Below, piece after piece: positions 9,730-20,380 of a stretch of DNA of 64,000 bases. The notes beneath the pieces were generated by a model. The model was not told the DNA's origin, made no database searches, and was given only the letters and a program-made list of their open reading frames with translations. The position numbers were made by a program, and so were the translations under genes. Within the stretch, counting starts at the first letter, position 1; each line of letters opens with the position of its first letter. This stretch comes from a virus (taxonomy: Duplodnaviria > Heunggongvirae > Uroviricota > Caudoviricetes). The DNA lies in IMG/VR virus record IMGVR_UViG_2721755712_000001. The stretch is one strand, 5' to 3'.

Positions 9730-10833
9730 TCACACCGCCACTGGAACCTTGATCCACGGTAGAGGGTCATAGCCAAGAATTAAAACCTCGTCCCATTTGA
9801 AATCATCCAACTCTGACCATTCATGAGGGAAAATAACGACCGGATCTGAATGCTCTGGAGCCTGTCGTTTCATTAGCTCACACACACCTTCCATGTGGTT
9901 GTTGTACAAATGCACGTCAAAGCCAAAATGCACAAATGCACCGGCCATGTGACCCGTAATCTTCGCGAGAAAATGAGTGAGAATGCCATAGCCAGCAATA
10001 TTGAATGGCATACCAACAAAAGTGTCTACGCTACGCTGTACGAGGCAGGAGTTGAGGATGCGTTTGGGGATTCCAAGTTCATCCAGTTCAGCTTCAGTAA
10101 CACTGCCGTCCATCTCCAGATCGTATAGCATCTTGGTGTAGATAGACTCGTAACCGAGGCGACTGTGTTGAAGACCAATGTCAGTTGCCATCGTTAAACG
10201 GGTTTCAAAATCCAGCTCACGACTCCACAAAGAGAAGACAAAGTGGCAAGGTGGCAGTTTCATATCCTCAAGCTCGCCTACGTTCCATGCGTTAAGCATG
10301 ATGCGACGATCGGTAGGGTTCGTGCGCAGTGTATCGACAATACGCTGTAGCTGATCGATTTCACGGGACAGCACTACGCGATCTTCACTGATACCCAGGT
10401 ATCCCTCGACTTTGTACCCGCGTTCACGGAAAGTAGCGATCTTGCTCAGATATTCACTATGGCTCACGATGCGGGTATCTTCCCATCGACGCCACTGCTT
10501 ACCGTAAACCGGCCCCAAATCGCCATTCTCATCGGCCCATGCATCCCAAATCTTAACGCCGTTATCCTTGAGAAATTGGATGTTGCCCGTGCCTTTCAGA
10601 TACCACTCAAGTTCGACAAGTAGTGGCTTAAGATTTACCGCCTTTCCAGAAATAAGCGGCACAGTCCCACCAGTAAGCATGTAGTAAGAGGGAACGTAGC
10701 AGGTGCTTAAAGTACCAGTGCCTGTGCGATCATCAGCCTGCACGCCGCTTTTAAGCACCGTCTCAATAACTTTTGCATACGATGCGTTTGTTACCTGACC
10801 GTTCGTATGCTCTCGATTCAAAAGGAGTGACAC
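9730..10833 (-). CDS. thyA: thymidylate synthase with internal insertions
   Basis: DRTGTGT, IWDAWADENGDLGPVYGKQWRRW, PPCH, MPFNIAGY; about 100 aa longer than E. coli ThyA. Confidence 0.9.
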   Translation of the reverse strand: MSLLLNREHTNGQVTNASYAKVIETVLKSGVQADDRTGTGTLSTCYVPSYYMLTGGTVPLISGKAVNLKPLLVELEWYLKGTGNIQFLKDNGVKIWDAWADENGDLGPVYGKQWRRWEDTRIVSHSEYLSKIATFRERGYKVEGYLGISEDRVVLSREIDQLQRIVDTLRTNPTDRRIMLNAWNVGELEDMKLPPCHFVFSLWSRELDFETRLTMATDIGLQHSRLGYESIYTKMLYDLEMDGSVTEAELDELGIPKRILNSCLVQRSVDTFVGMPFNIAGYGILTHFLAKITGHMAGAFVHFGFDVHLYNNHMEGVCELMKRQAPEHSDPVVIFPHEWSELDDFKWDEVLILGYDPLPWIKVPVAV

Positions 10834-10910
10834 AAAAACCTCACAAAGATAAGTAATTACTTATTCATCGTGTGAGTTTACATTCATTGAGAGAACAAGA
10901 CCAGACAGAT

Positions 10911-10936
10911 AAAAAAATGGTGGCCATAGGCCACCA
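10911..10936 (-). terminator. rho-independent terminator
   Basis: TGGTGGCCATAGGCCACCA hairpin followed by T-run on minus strand. Confidence 0.6.
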
Positions 10937-11003
10937 AAACGAATAGTCATTCCAGAGTTTTATTACGCATGTTAAATATACACAGATAGATAACTACCTA
11001 CAA

Positions 11004-11873
11004 TTATTTTTTGATCATTCCGTACATTGCTGAGGCTTTAGCTTGCTCAACAAAGGAGGATAAATCGACATCACTATAGGTTGGAGACTTCAGAATCTTT
11101 CCATCGGAAATTCGAAAACCGATCATCTTATCGGTACCATCAGCATGGCGAAATCCCAGGTCTGAAGAGTCGTATTTGCAGTTGGCCACAGCCTGGCGAC
11201 GTTCCTCTACATCAGCAGGCCATAATTTTGTCATGTTAGACCGATGAATTTCGCCAACCAGCTCGACTACATTGATACCGAGGAAATCAGCCAGTCGATA
11301 GGTCATCATGCACGCCACATAGATTTTGTTCATGACACGGCGCAGTTCCTGAATCAGCTCAGAATCCTTAACAGTCTTGTTCTCAAGTTTATCTGCCAGC
11401 TCTTCGAGCATACATGACGCCTCACGAGCTTCCTGAAATGGCATTGCCATATCATCGAAAACAGTGTTACCGGGCACAAAAATTGTCTGCATAAAGCGAT
11501 CAATGCTCTGTTCCTGCGTGTAATAGGTCATGCCGGTAGAAATACCACCTTTGATGGCGACCATCGTACCAACACCAACGTATAAAAAGTCGGCCATTGC
11601 ATCCAGCAGTTGCTCAATATCCCCATTCATTGCGGCTGGAATACCTTCCACTACAGCTTCTTCATGAATCAGGCTTGCACGGAGACGAAGCAGCTCTGGT
11701 GTCGGCATAACGCGTCTCGGATGCTGGAAGAGTTCATGAAACTGATCGACCATCTTGTAAATACTTTCAGTAGCTACACCATGACCTTCATGCAACTCAT
11801 ATGGTTCTGGCTTAAATCCAATGAGACGATCGGTGGCAAGTTTCAGGTGGTCAGTCAGTTTGGTAAAGTTCAT
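11004..11873 (-). CDS. hypothetical protein, possibly MazG-like NTP pyrophosphohydrolase
   Basis: Two E..E...D-type acidic helices (HEEAVVEG...DIEQLLD); weak. Confidence 0.35.
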   Translation of the reverse strand: MNFTKLTDHLKLATDRLIGFKPEPYELHEGHGVATESIYKMVDQFHELFQHPRRVMPTPELLRLRASLIHEEAVVEGIPAAMNGDIEQLLDAMADFLYVGVGTMVAIKGGISTGMTYYTQEQSIDRFMQTIFVPGNTVFDDMAMPFQEAREASCMLEELADKLENKTVKDSELIQELRRVMNKIYVACMMTYRLADFLGINVVELVGEIHRSNMTKLWPADVEERRQAVANCKYDSSDLGFRHADGTDKMIGFRISDGKILKSPTYSDVDLSSFVEQAKASAMYGMIKK

Positions 11874-11950
11874 GCTAGTTTTGTTCCTTCTTAATTCTTG
11901 TGATCCATTGTGGCCCAGCGTTGCCAGGCCACATAATGCTTTGTATCGGT

Positions 11951-13093
11951 TTACAGGTCTGCAAACTGGCTTAGAGAAGCCTTATCCACGGTAGAATCGA
12001 TCTGACCTACCAGATATGTGCTTTGCTCTGCCTCTTGTGGTGCAATTTGCAGTGTGTCGGTTAACAACCACTTGTTCATCCAGACCAGCGGATCTGTGGT
12101 AACTTCTGGAAATAAAGCCTTCAGGCCAAGACGATTCATAGCCAGATTGGTTCGGTATTTTACATAGGTCTTCAGAATATCCGCGTTTAAACCAATCATC
12201 GAACCGTCTTTGAAGAGATAGTCTGCCCAGTTCATTTCTTGTTCGGCGACTGATTTCATGGTGTCGTAAATGACGTTTTCTTCATCAGCAGCAATCTCTT
12301 TCCACAATAAGCCTTCGCGACCGGTACGCATGAAGCGGATCATGCGTTCAGTTCCTTCGCAATGCAGAGCTTCATCACGGGCAATAAAGCGCATAATTTT
12401 GGTGTTACCCTCAAGCAACTTCCGTTCGCCAAAGGCAAACGTACATGCAAAACTTACATAGAAACGGATCGCCTCAAGCGCATTAATGGACACCAACGTG
12501 CGGAAAAGCTGACGGTGCAAAGGGTATGGCTCCCAGCCATATTCATTTACGTACAGACGTTCAAACTCTTTCTCACCTAACGACTGGCGCTCGCAGGTCA
12601 TCCCATAAAGCCTGTCATATTCAGCAGAGATACTGATCGCTCGGTTGATGATTTCTTCATCCGTAACAATACCGTCAAAAACAATACTCGGATCGTCCAC
12701 CATGCCACGAATAATGTGGGTGTAGCTGCGGCTATGGATAGTCTCAGAGAAAGACCATGTTTCAACCCACGTTTCCAGTTCAGGAATAGAGATAAGCGGC
12801 AGAAGCGTTGCATTTGGGCTACGTCCCTGAACTGAATCGAGTAACGTTTGATAACGGAGATTGCTCAGAAAAATGTGACGTTCGTGGTCCCGCAGCTTCG
12901 TGTTGAAGTCGATACGATCACTCGAAATATCAACTTCTTCCGGCCGCCAGAAGAAAGACAATTGACGTTCAATCAACTTTTCAAAATCACGGTATTTTTG
13001 CTGATCGTAACGTGCCACGTTGACAGATTGTCCGAGGAACATAGGCTCTTTGGTTGCATCATTAGCACCCAAACGGAACGTTGAATATGACAT
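11951..13093 (-). CDS. nrdB: ribonucleotide reductase class Ia small subunit
   Basis: FFWRPEEVD and EALH/E..H di-iron ligand regions. Confidence 0.9.
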   Translation of the reverse strand: MSYSTFRLGANDATKEPMFLGQSVNVARYDQQKYRDFEKLIERQLSFFWRPEEVDISSDRIDFNTKLRDHERHIFLSNLRYQTLLDSVQGRSPNATLLPLISIPELETWVETWSFSETIHSRSYTHIIRGMVDDPSIVFDGIVTDEEIINRAISISAEYDRLYGMTCERQSLGEKEFERLYVNEYGWEPYPLHRQLFRTLVSINALEAIRFYVSFACTFAFGERKLLEGNTKIMRFIARDEALHCEGTERMIRFMRTGREGLLWKEIAADEENVIYDTMKSVAEQEMNWADYLFKDGSMIGLNADILKTYVKYRTNLAMNRLGLKALFPEVTTDPLVWMNKWLLTDTLQIAPQEAEQSTYLVGQIDSTVDKASLSQFADL

Positions 13094-13115
13094 GTGTTTT
13101 TCCTTTTTTGATGTG

Positions 13116-13135
13116 TTTAAACAAGTTGTTATCTT
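13116..13135 (-). promoter_or_regulatory. motif A (AGAAAACAAnTTGTTTAA-like palindrome) upstream of nrdB
   Basis: One of at least six instances 15-25 nt upstream of the AGGAAAAACAC-ATG start context. Confidence 0.5.
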
Positions 13136-13193
13136 ATGTGTTTAAACAAGGCTTACAAATCAAAGATAAGGTGGGGATATACCCCACCATATG

Positions 13194-15509
13194 TCAGATT
13201 TTGCAGGCTCCGTCGCACTCATCTTCTGGCTCGACGGCTACAGCTTGCGTAAGTGGATTCTGCGCTTCGTCGTCATCACGCTTTCCTGCCCCATCTCTGG
13301 TGTTGTGGTAGTAAAGCGTTTTAACTCCCATCTTGTAGGCGAGAAGCAAATCTGACAGTAGCGTCATCATTGGGACTTTATCGCCTTCAAAGCGAGAAGG
13401 GTCATAGTTGGTATTGGCTGAAATAGCCTGGTCAAAGAACTTCTGGATGATCGCCACCTTTGTCAGATAGCCGCGGTTGTCCGGCATATCCCACAGGTAT
13501 TCATACTGTTCCTTCAGTTTTTCAAACTCAGGCACGACCATCTTAACGATGCCGTCCTTAGAAGATTTCACCGACACCGGTCCACGAGGCGGTTCGATGC
13601 CGTTGGTGGAATTAGTGATCTGGCTGGAAGTCTCGCATGGCATTTGTGCCGTCAGTGTGGAGTTGCGAAGGCCGTATTTTGCAATACGTTCACGCAGTTC
13701 TTCCCACGGCATCTTTAACTCAAAGTTGGTTTCGCCACTTTCGTCTAATGAAGAACGGTAATGGTCGATCGGCAACTGACCAATTGCGTACTTGGTCTGC
13801 TCAAACCAGTCACACTCACCTTTTGCTTCAGCAAGTCGGCAGCTGGCATCAAGAAGGTAATACTGGATAGCTTCGAACGTTTCATGCACCAGTTTATTGC
13901 CAGCGGTATCAGAATAACGAACGCCATTCTTTGCCAGGTAATAAGCAAAGTTGGTTACACCAATTCCCAAGCTACGACGAGCTTTGGCAGGCACTTCGGC
14001 TGCCTCCATCGGATAGTCTTGATAATCCAGTAACGAATCCAGTGCAGCAACGGCATAGAACGCCACCTCTTTAAGAGACTCCAGTGAACGGATGGCTCCG
14101 AGGTTAAAAGCGGATAAAGTGCATAGCGCGATCTCACCGTTCGGGTCGTCGGTAAATGCCAGTGGACGAGTGGGTAGAGTGATCTCCATGCACAGGTTTG
14201 ACTGGCGAACAGGTGCAAGAGCAGGAATGAAAGCGCCATGCTCGTTAATATGATCGACGTTCGCAATATAAATTCGGCCCGTGGACGCTCGTTCCTGCAT
14301 CAGAGATGAGAACAGCTCAATGGCAGGTACTGACTTCTTGCGAATTGAATCATCGGCTTCGTATTTATGGTACAGCTTTTCAAACAGCTCCTGGTCTGTG
14401 AAGAAGGCTTCGTACATATCAGGCACATCATGCGGGCTGAACAGAGTGATGTTCTCGCTTCTGACGAGTCGACGGTACATTAGACGGTTACTCATGACGC
14501 CGTAATCAAGATGGCGAACGCGGTTTTCATCAATACCACGGTTATTTTTCACCACCAGCAGACTTTCAACTTCAAGATGCCAGATCGGGTAAAACGCTGT
14601 TGCTGCGCCACCACGAACACCACCTTGCGAACAAGATTTAACAGCCGTCTGGAAATGCTTCAGGAATGGAATAACTCCAGTATGGGTGGCTTCACCATTG
14701 CGGATCTCGCTGCCCAGCGCACGGATACGGCCAAAACCAATACCAATTCCAGCACGACGTGAAACGTAGTCGATAATTGCGGCTGAAGCTGCACTAATCC
14801 CTTTCAGACTATCGCCAGACTCAATCAGCACACAACTGGAGAACTGACGGGTTGGAGTACGGACGCCGGCCATGATTGGTGTGGGCAGAGACAGTTTGAA
14901 CGTACTTGTAACGTCATAGAAACCTTTGACCATCTCCATACGTGTTTTGCCAGCGCAGTCGTCTTCCCAATTCTGGAACAGACACATGCCTACCAGCATA
15001 TAGATATGTTGCGGCCCCTCATGAATCTCACCAGTAACACGGTTTTGAACGAGGTATTTGCTTTGCAACTGCACCGTAGCTGCATAGCCAAAAAGATCGT
15101 CACGTTTCGGCTTAATGTAATTGCCGAGTTCTTCGATCTCTTCAAACGAATAATGTGTCAGCAAATCCTTGTCATAAACGCCCTTGTTAACGTTCTTGAC
15201 AATGTGTTGGTAGAAGTTCGGATAGTCGTAACGACCGAAGGCATCTTTGCGGATTTTAAAAATGTTCAGGCGGGCAGCCACCTGTGAGTAATTTGGTGCT
15301 TCTGGTGAGATCAAATCAGCGGCAGATTTAACCAAAGCCTCATGCAACTGGCTGGTGGTCATCCCATCAAAAATGCTGGCCGCAGCTCCCATTGCTACAG
15401 CGGATGCGCTTACACCACGAATGCCTTCTACGCCATACATTACGACGCGGTTGTATTTTTCTTCGGATAACGGCTCTGTTTGGCCGTTACGTTTTACGAT
15501 GCTTATCAT
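13194..15509 (-). CDS. nrdA: ribonucleotide reductase class Ia large subunit
   Basis: SNLCMEI active-site region, C-terminal ECDGACKI tail closely matching E. coli NrdA. Confidence 0.95.
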   Translation of the reverse strand: MISIVKRNGQTEPLSEEKYNRVVMYGVEGIRGVSASAVAMGAAASIFDGMTTSQLHEALVKSAADLISPEAPNYSQVAARLNIFKIRKDAFGRYDYPNFYQHIVKNVNKGVYDKDLLTHYSFEEIEELGNYIKPKRDDLFGYAATVQLQSKYLVQNRVTGEIHEGPQHIYMLVGMCLFQNWEDDCAGKTRMEMVKGFYDVTSTFKLSLPTPIMAGVRTPTRQFSSCVLIESGDSLKGISAASAAIIDYVSRRAGIGIGFGRIRALGSEIRNGEATHTGVIPFLKHFQTAVKSCSQGGVRGGAATAFYPIWHLEVESLLVVKNNRGIDENRVRHLDYGVMSNRLMYRRLVRSENITLFSPHDVPDMYEAFFTDQELFEKLYHKYEADDSIRKKSVPAIELFSSLMQERASTGRIYIANVDHINEHGAFIPALAPVRQSNLCMEITLPTRPLAFTDDPNGEIALCTLSAFNLGAIRSLESLKEVAFYAVAALDSLLDYQDYPMEAAEVPAKARRSLGIGVTNFAYYLAKNGVRYSDTAGNKLVHETFEAIQYYLLDASCRLAEAKGECDWFEQTKYAIGQLPIDHYRSSLDESGETNFELKMPWEELRERIAKYGLRNSTLTAQMPCETSSQITNSTNGIEPPRGPVSVKSSKDGIVKMVVPEFEKLKEQYEYLWDMPDNRGYLTKVAIIQKFFDQAISANTNYDPSRFEGDKVPMMTLLSDLLLAYKMGVKTLYYHNTRDGAGKRDDDEAQNPLTQAVAVEPEDECDGACKI

Positions 15510-15517
15510 GTATCACC

Positions 15518-15548
15518 AAATAAAGAGGGCCACTAAATATAGTGGCCC
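15518..15548 (-). terminator. rho-independent terminator between RuvC-like gene and nrdA
   Basis: GGGCCACTATATTTAGTGGCCC hairpin plus T-run on minus strand. Confidence 0.55.
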
Positions 15549-15582
15549 ATGTTAATAGATAAGCACTTACCTATCAATGAAA

Positions 15583-16152
15583 TCAAATGAGAGACTTAAG
15601 AACATCGCGCACCTGGCGGAACTGATCTGTTTGCATACCGGTATGGATGGCAGCCACCGCATCAGCCAAATGTTCGTTTTTGTTCACGAGAACATCCTGT
15701 CCAGATTGCTTACGACGCAGCCACGGTGCTTTAGGGTGTTTTTTCGTAGCCCACTGGATAATCTCTTCTTTCGATGTAGTAAGTTTATTGCCGACAAAAT
15801 GCTTGATTTCGTTTGGAGTAACCTGGATTAATGGCTTATCCACACACGCAAGTACACCGATACAAATACCGTAAGACGTCTGCGAACGAGAGTTTTGGCT
15901 CCCAACCGGTAGCTCACAAAAAACCATATTTGCCTTATCAATGATTGGCTTCGCAACACGCCATATTTCACTGGCGCGGCGCAGATCGTCACTGTTCACA
16001 CGAACGGTCTTTTTGTTACTCCCCGCTTTAGTCTCAACAAGAGTAAGGCCGTGAATCTCAAGTTCGTCCGTCTCAAGGTCTAAAGTGCCCACAGCAAGCC
16101 CAAAGTTGCTCATTGAGGGATCAACACCAACTACGCTGATTTTTTTACTCAT
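15583..16152 (-). CDS. RuvC-like Holliday junction resolvase
   Basis: ISVVGVDPS N-terminal Asp motif, size about 190 aa. Confidence 0.6.
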   Translation of the reverse strand: MSKKISVVGVDPSMSNFGLAVGTLDLETDELEIHGLTLVETKAGSNKKTVRVNSDDLRRASEIWRVAKPIIDKANMVFCELPVGSQNSRSQTSYGICIGVLACVDKPLIQVTPNEIKHFVGNKLTTSKEEIIQWATKKHPKAPWLRRKQSGQDVLVNKNEHLADAVAAIHTGMQTDQFRQVRDVLKSLI

Positions 16153-16161
16153 ATAGTCTCC

Positions 16162-16905
16162 TTACCATGTTCCCCATATAGGGTTTTCCAATAATCTCGC
16201 CTCCAACGAATTGGCTACTATTGCCGTTTGCAACGTTGGTTGGGGATAGTTTGCAAAGTCTGAATACTCATTTTCCTGCGTGACACGTTTATCTGCGGCA
16301 TGTTTAACACCACTTGCTATGAAATGACGCATGATGCCCAATAGCCTCCGACTGTCTGCACTATCGTTTGCTAAAACATGAGGGAGCTGAAGTTCGATTT
16401 CTACCATTTCTCCATACTTACCAACAAACTGTAGTTTGTCCGCACTGTACTTTTTATCCCTCCTTTGGATAAGGAAACCAGTAAAAGCATCACCTGGCGA
16501 TGCCAAACTATCCACCCGCTTATTGGCAAGTCGAATAAGGTTCGTGAAAGCCATACAGTGATGCGCACCCATTCCCCCAAAGAACCCTTCGCTATTAATG
16601 TTAAGATCTTCAGTTTCATGGGATGCAATAAACCCAGGCCCGACGTTGGGAAGATATCCCCCCTCAACAAAAGGATTAATCAGGATCGGCGCAATACATC
16701 CAGGTGGTAGTGATTTCAAACTTTGCATCAATGGCGTCTCGGATATTAGACCAAGCAACGCGGCGAATTGTACTCCGTCAATATTGTTGCTTCCCCACAG
16801 AATACGTGGAGCCGCACCATTGGAAGTATGCCCATTGATCAGTTTTATCGACTGCATCACTGCAAATACCTGCAAAAACTGCGAGCGGCTTAATTTAAAC
16901 GACAT
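16162..16905 (-). CDS. hypothetical protein
   Basis: 247-aa ORF. Confidence 0.45.
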   Translation of the reverse strand: MSFKLSRSQFLQVFAVMQSIKLINGHTSNGAAPRILWGSNNIDGVQFAALLGLISETPLMQSLKSLPPGCIAPILINPFVEGGYLPNVGPGFIASHETEDLNINSEGFFGGMGAHHCMAFTNLIRLANKRVDSLASPGDAFTGFLIQRRDKKYSADKLQFVGKYGEMVEIELQLPHVLANDSADSRRLLGIMRHFIASGVKHAADKRVTQENEYSDFANYPQPTLQTAIVANSLEARLLENPIWGTW

Positions 16906-18811
16906 AGCTGCGCCCCTCTTTAACTTCCAGCGTAATAGTTTCCCGGAACCATGACTTCATCTCTTTATGGGAGATAATCAGCACAGTACCTCGCTCGCGA
17001 GCTTTGGACTCCAGAATACCCATGAGGCGTTCAAGACCGGCTGTATCGAGTGCATCGTCAATTTCGTCGCCGATAAACAAATCGATGTTTTTACTCGCCC
17101 GGTTACTAACCAGATCCTGCAATGCCAAAGAACACGCAATGCGAACCTTCCGCTTCTCACCACCAGAGAGGGTCTGGAACGACTTACTTGAACCTTTCTT
17201 CTGCACACTAATGTTGAATTTGTCGCGATACTCACCTTTTTTAGTGACATCCATCGTCGACCACTCAGCAGTAATATTCCCGTCAGACAACGTATTGAGA
17301 TACTCGGCAGTGCGTGTATTCAGGAAAGGCGTAACAGACGTCAAAATATGAGAACGCACCCCGGCAGGAGAGTAGACCTGACGAGCTTTTTCCAATAGCA
17401 ACGTTTGTTCCTGAATAGCCTTCAACTCATCTTTTAAGGACTTGAAGGTAGACTTACTGGATACCAAGTTATCTTCGTGTCTGGCGATAAGAGCAATAAA
17501 CGGATTAATCTCTTTTGATATACGATCGACCTCAGTACGAGCACGAGTCACAAGAGACTCAATAGCAACAACCTCCTTCTCACGATGACGCAAAGATGAG
17601 AGTTGTTTCGTAAGCTCTTCAATCCGGGCAATGATAGCCGTTACATCAGGTGTCGTTTTAACAAGGGCAGACTCAATGCTTAACGCTTTCTCAAGATTCG
17701 TTTTGTGTTTAGCCATTGCCTCTGCAAGTGTCTTCGCCTGACCAATTTCCTGACGTGCTTGTTCAATGAAATTCTCCTTCACCGTTGATAGATCTTCTTC
17801 GCAGTAGGCTTTGCCACAAGTAGGGCATGGTGATCCCACTTTAGTACCAACCTCTTCTGCTTTGGTCTTAAAATTACGCGCGCGGTTCATTGCATCAGCC
17901 TGACTATTTTCTGTAGCTTTGATGCTTGCCCGAATATCAGTTATCGCACCACGAACTTTGAGCAACTTGGCGTCATGTTCTTCTTTTGAGGCTAACTTTT
18001 TGCGCTCATTTTCGATTGCCTTCTCGGTATCACGTATCTGTTCGGGAAGAGTGCGGATCTCAAGTTCAACTTCCGTTAACTCAACTTCGGCACTGGCCAG
18101 CCCAGCCAGGGCATCGTCATAACGTTTAGAACGCTCTTGCTCCCATGATTCAGAGGAGGCTTTCGCTGACTCAATTTCTGACTGTGTTGCCTCAATGGTC
18201 GAGATTGTCGACTCCAATTTGGTTTTAACCACATCCATACGTGCGGCAGCTGCATTAGCTCGCTCACGAGCAATAGCGTAGGCGCGTGTCAGTCTGTCAA
18301 CGCCAGCGGCTTCTTCTACGATGGTTTTGAGGTTTTTGTCGGACATTCCAGGTAAATCTGGCATAGCTTCTTGGCTCGCATAGATGGAAGCCATGAAAAC
18401 CTCTTTAGATGCACCGATCAGACGCTCGACGAACTCCTGCGTCAGCGCATCTTTGCCTTTCGTCATATCGCCATCTTCACCACGAACGATAAGACGATTT
18501 TTGAACTCTTTGTGTTTACGGTGACGAATGATTGCGTATCTCTTGCCTTCATCCTCGATGGTTACTGCAACACGACAGTTCTTTTCATGGTCGGTAGACA
18601 ACACATCGTCACCCTTCACACCATGAGCTGTTTCGCCATAAAGACACCACATCAGGCTATTCATTAGCGTTGACTTTCCAGAGCCATTACTTGATGCGGA
18701 ACTATCATCACTATTAACACCCTGAATGAGCACTAAACCACGCTGATCTAACTCGACCTCCGCGCTGGCGATAGCCATAAAATTCTCAACCTGGAGCTTT
18801 AAAAACTTCAT
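16895..18811 (-). CDS. SbcC/Rad50-like recombination ATPase
   Basis: Walker A NGSGKST, coiled-coil middle, CPTCG zinc hook, LSGGEKRKV signature, Walker B LFIGDEID. Confidence 0.85.
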   Translation of the reverse strand: MKFLKLQVENFMAIASAEVELDQRGLVLIQGVNSDDSSASSNGSGKSTLMNSLMWCLYGETAHGVKGDDVLSTDHEKNCRVAVTIEDEGKRYAIIRHRKHKEFKNRLIVRGEDGDMTKGKDALTQEFVERLIGASKEVFMASIYASQEAMPDLPGMSDKNLKTIVEEAAGVDRLTRAYAIARERANAAAARMDVVKTKLESTISTIEATQSEIESAKASSESWEQERSKRYDDALAGLASAEVELTEVELEIRTLPEQIRDTEKAIENERKKLASKEEHDAKLLKVRGAITDIRASIKATENSQADAMNRARNFKTKAEEVGTKVGSPCPTCGKAYCEEDLSTVKENFIEQARQEIGQAKTLAEAMAKHKTNLEKALSIESALVKTTPDVTAIIARIEELTKQLSSLRHREKEVVAIESLVTRARTEVDRISKEINPFIALIARHEDNLVSSKSTFKSLKDELKAIQEQTLLLEKARQVYSPAGVRSHILTSVTPFLNTRTAEYLNTLSDGNITAEWSTMDVTKKGEYRDKFNISVQKKGSSKSFQTLSGGEKRKVRIACSLALQDLVSNRASKNIDLFIGDEIDDALDTAGLERLMGILESKARERGTVLIISHKEMKSWFRETITLEVKEGRSYVV

Positions 18812-19040
18812 ATAACACCTCTGATACCGTGTGTTAGCTTTTGGCCTTCTTTCAATCTGAACTCCGTATGCGCCGGGAAGGATCTGCGCCTCAATACGCC
18901 TTTTCTTGTTAACCTTCCAAGATAAAACGCTACGGGATTTCCTTGTGGCGGGTAGGGCTTGTGAAACATCACCGTCTGGCCTCGTTCAAGTCTTTTCATC
19001 GTGATGGCAAAGTCTCGAAAGCTCCCATAACGACTTTGCT

Positions 19041-20126
19041 TCACACAGCCTCCGAACTCTCCGCTTCGGTGAGGATTTCCTGACACAAAATATCCAATTT
19101 ACTCAGATCAAATCCGCCGTCAGTATCGTGGACAATCTTGCAATAAGCAGATACCGACTCTCCCAGGCTATCGATTTTGCTGGTTTCAGTTGTGCTGGCT
19201 GTCCCTTCCATCATTGATGACTTACGGATGAAGTTGCACACGACACCTTTTGCACCCATTGCTTTGAGGATGTTCTGGTACTTAATGCCTTCTTCATCGT
19301 TCTCAATTACGGCGCGGAAACGCACGTAGTTGCCGCGAATTTGGTCATCAGCAACATCATCTTCCAGGTTAATGAATTTAGGCGCACTGGTTTCGTAGTG
19401 ACTGAAACTGCCGTCCGGGTTTACGATCATGTAGCCAGCCAGAGATCCAACATCTCCCCAATTTTGATGAGTCAGTGCACCGACACTGATAACTCCAGGA
19501 ATGACCTCTTTGTGGTTGTGGTAATGCCCACTAAGCACGAGACGAAAGCCGATATCCTTTAACTCCTGCGCATCGATACCGACGTCAGGCATTGTTGGAA
19601 TGGCTTTGTTAATGGATGTATGGATAACAACGTCATGATTATCACCTTCTACGCTCTTACGTAATGCTTTCAGATCGCTGATAAGCTCCGCATGATTGTT
19701 ACGCCAGCTAATCAGGTGGACAGTCACATCACCAATTTTTATTGAGTGTGGGCGTTTGCCACATACGATTACCACGCCGATAGAACTCAGCGATGCTGCT
19801 GCGTTGGCGCTATATACTGAATCGTTGGTTTCAAGATCGTGATTACCGGCCAGCATTACTACTGTCAGATCAAGCTCGTTGATAATCCACTTGTACGTTT
19901 CAGTTACGTAATGCAAAACAGAAGGGGACACAGTTCCTCGGACGTGAAATGTATCACCGGCAACCAACATGTACTTACAACCGGCCTTCTTCATGGCGAT
20001 GGCTGCTTCTTTCGTTGCTTCCAACTGTATTTCAAGTCTGGAGTTAAGCCCCTCAGCGTTCGTCGTGGAGAACGCATCCCATTTGTGGTAGTGGCAGTCA
20101 GAAATGACGCCGTATGGCAAAGTCAT
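19041..20126 (-). CDS. SbcD/Mre11-like nuclease
   Basis: Calcineurin-like motifs VAGDTFH and GNHD. Confidence 0.8.
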   Translation of the reverse strand: MTLPYGVISDCHYHKWDAFSTTNAEGLNSRLEIQLEATKEAAIAMKKAGCKYMLVAGDTFHVRGTVSPSVLHYVTETYKWIINELDLTVVMLAGNHDLETNDSVYSANAAASLSSIGVVIVCGKRPHSIKIGDVTVHLISWRNNHAELISDLKALRKSVEGDNHDVVIHTSINKAIPTMPDVGIDAQELKDIGFRLVLSGHYHNHKEVIPGVISVGALTHQNWGDVGSLAGYMIVNPDGSFSHYETSAPKFINLEDDVADDQIRGNYVRFRAVIENDEEGIKYQNILKAMGAKGVVCNFIRKSSMMEGTASTTETSKIDSLGESVSAYCKIVHDTDGGFDLSKLDILCQEILTEAESSEAV

Positions 20127-20380
20127 GTGTTTTTCCTTTGTGGTTATTTTGATACAAATTTTAAGAGCAATGAGAAGGTAAACAACTATGCATAACGGTA
20201 TGTTAGGAATGAAACGAGCGCCTTAATATACAAAATTTATAAGTAAGTATATACCTATTTATCGTGGCGCAACTTTGCTTGTCTGTATGACTAAAAATAA
20301 GACTGGATCACTGTAGAACGCTATGAGAGCTATTTTGAGGGGGCGTAGATTCTATCTACGCCAATATACGATCTGGAGGG

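Noticed and set aside
9730-10833. Intron or intein in thyA
   Set aside because: The ORF is uninterrupted and the extra segments lack intein blocks (no Cys/Ser start with HN end); treated as protein-level insertions
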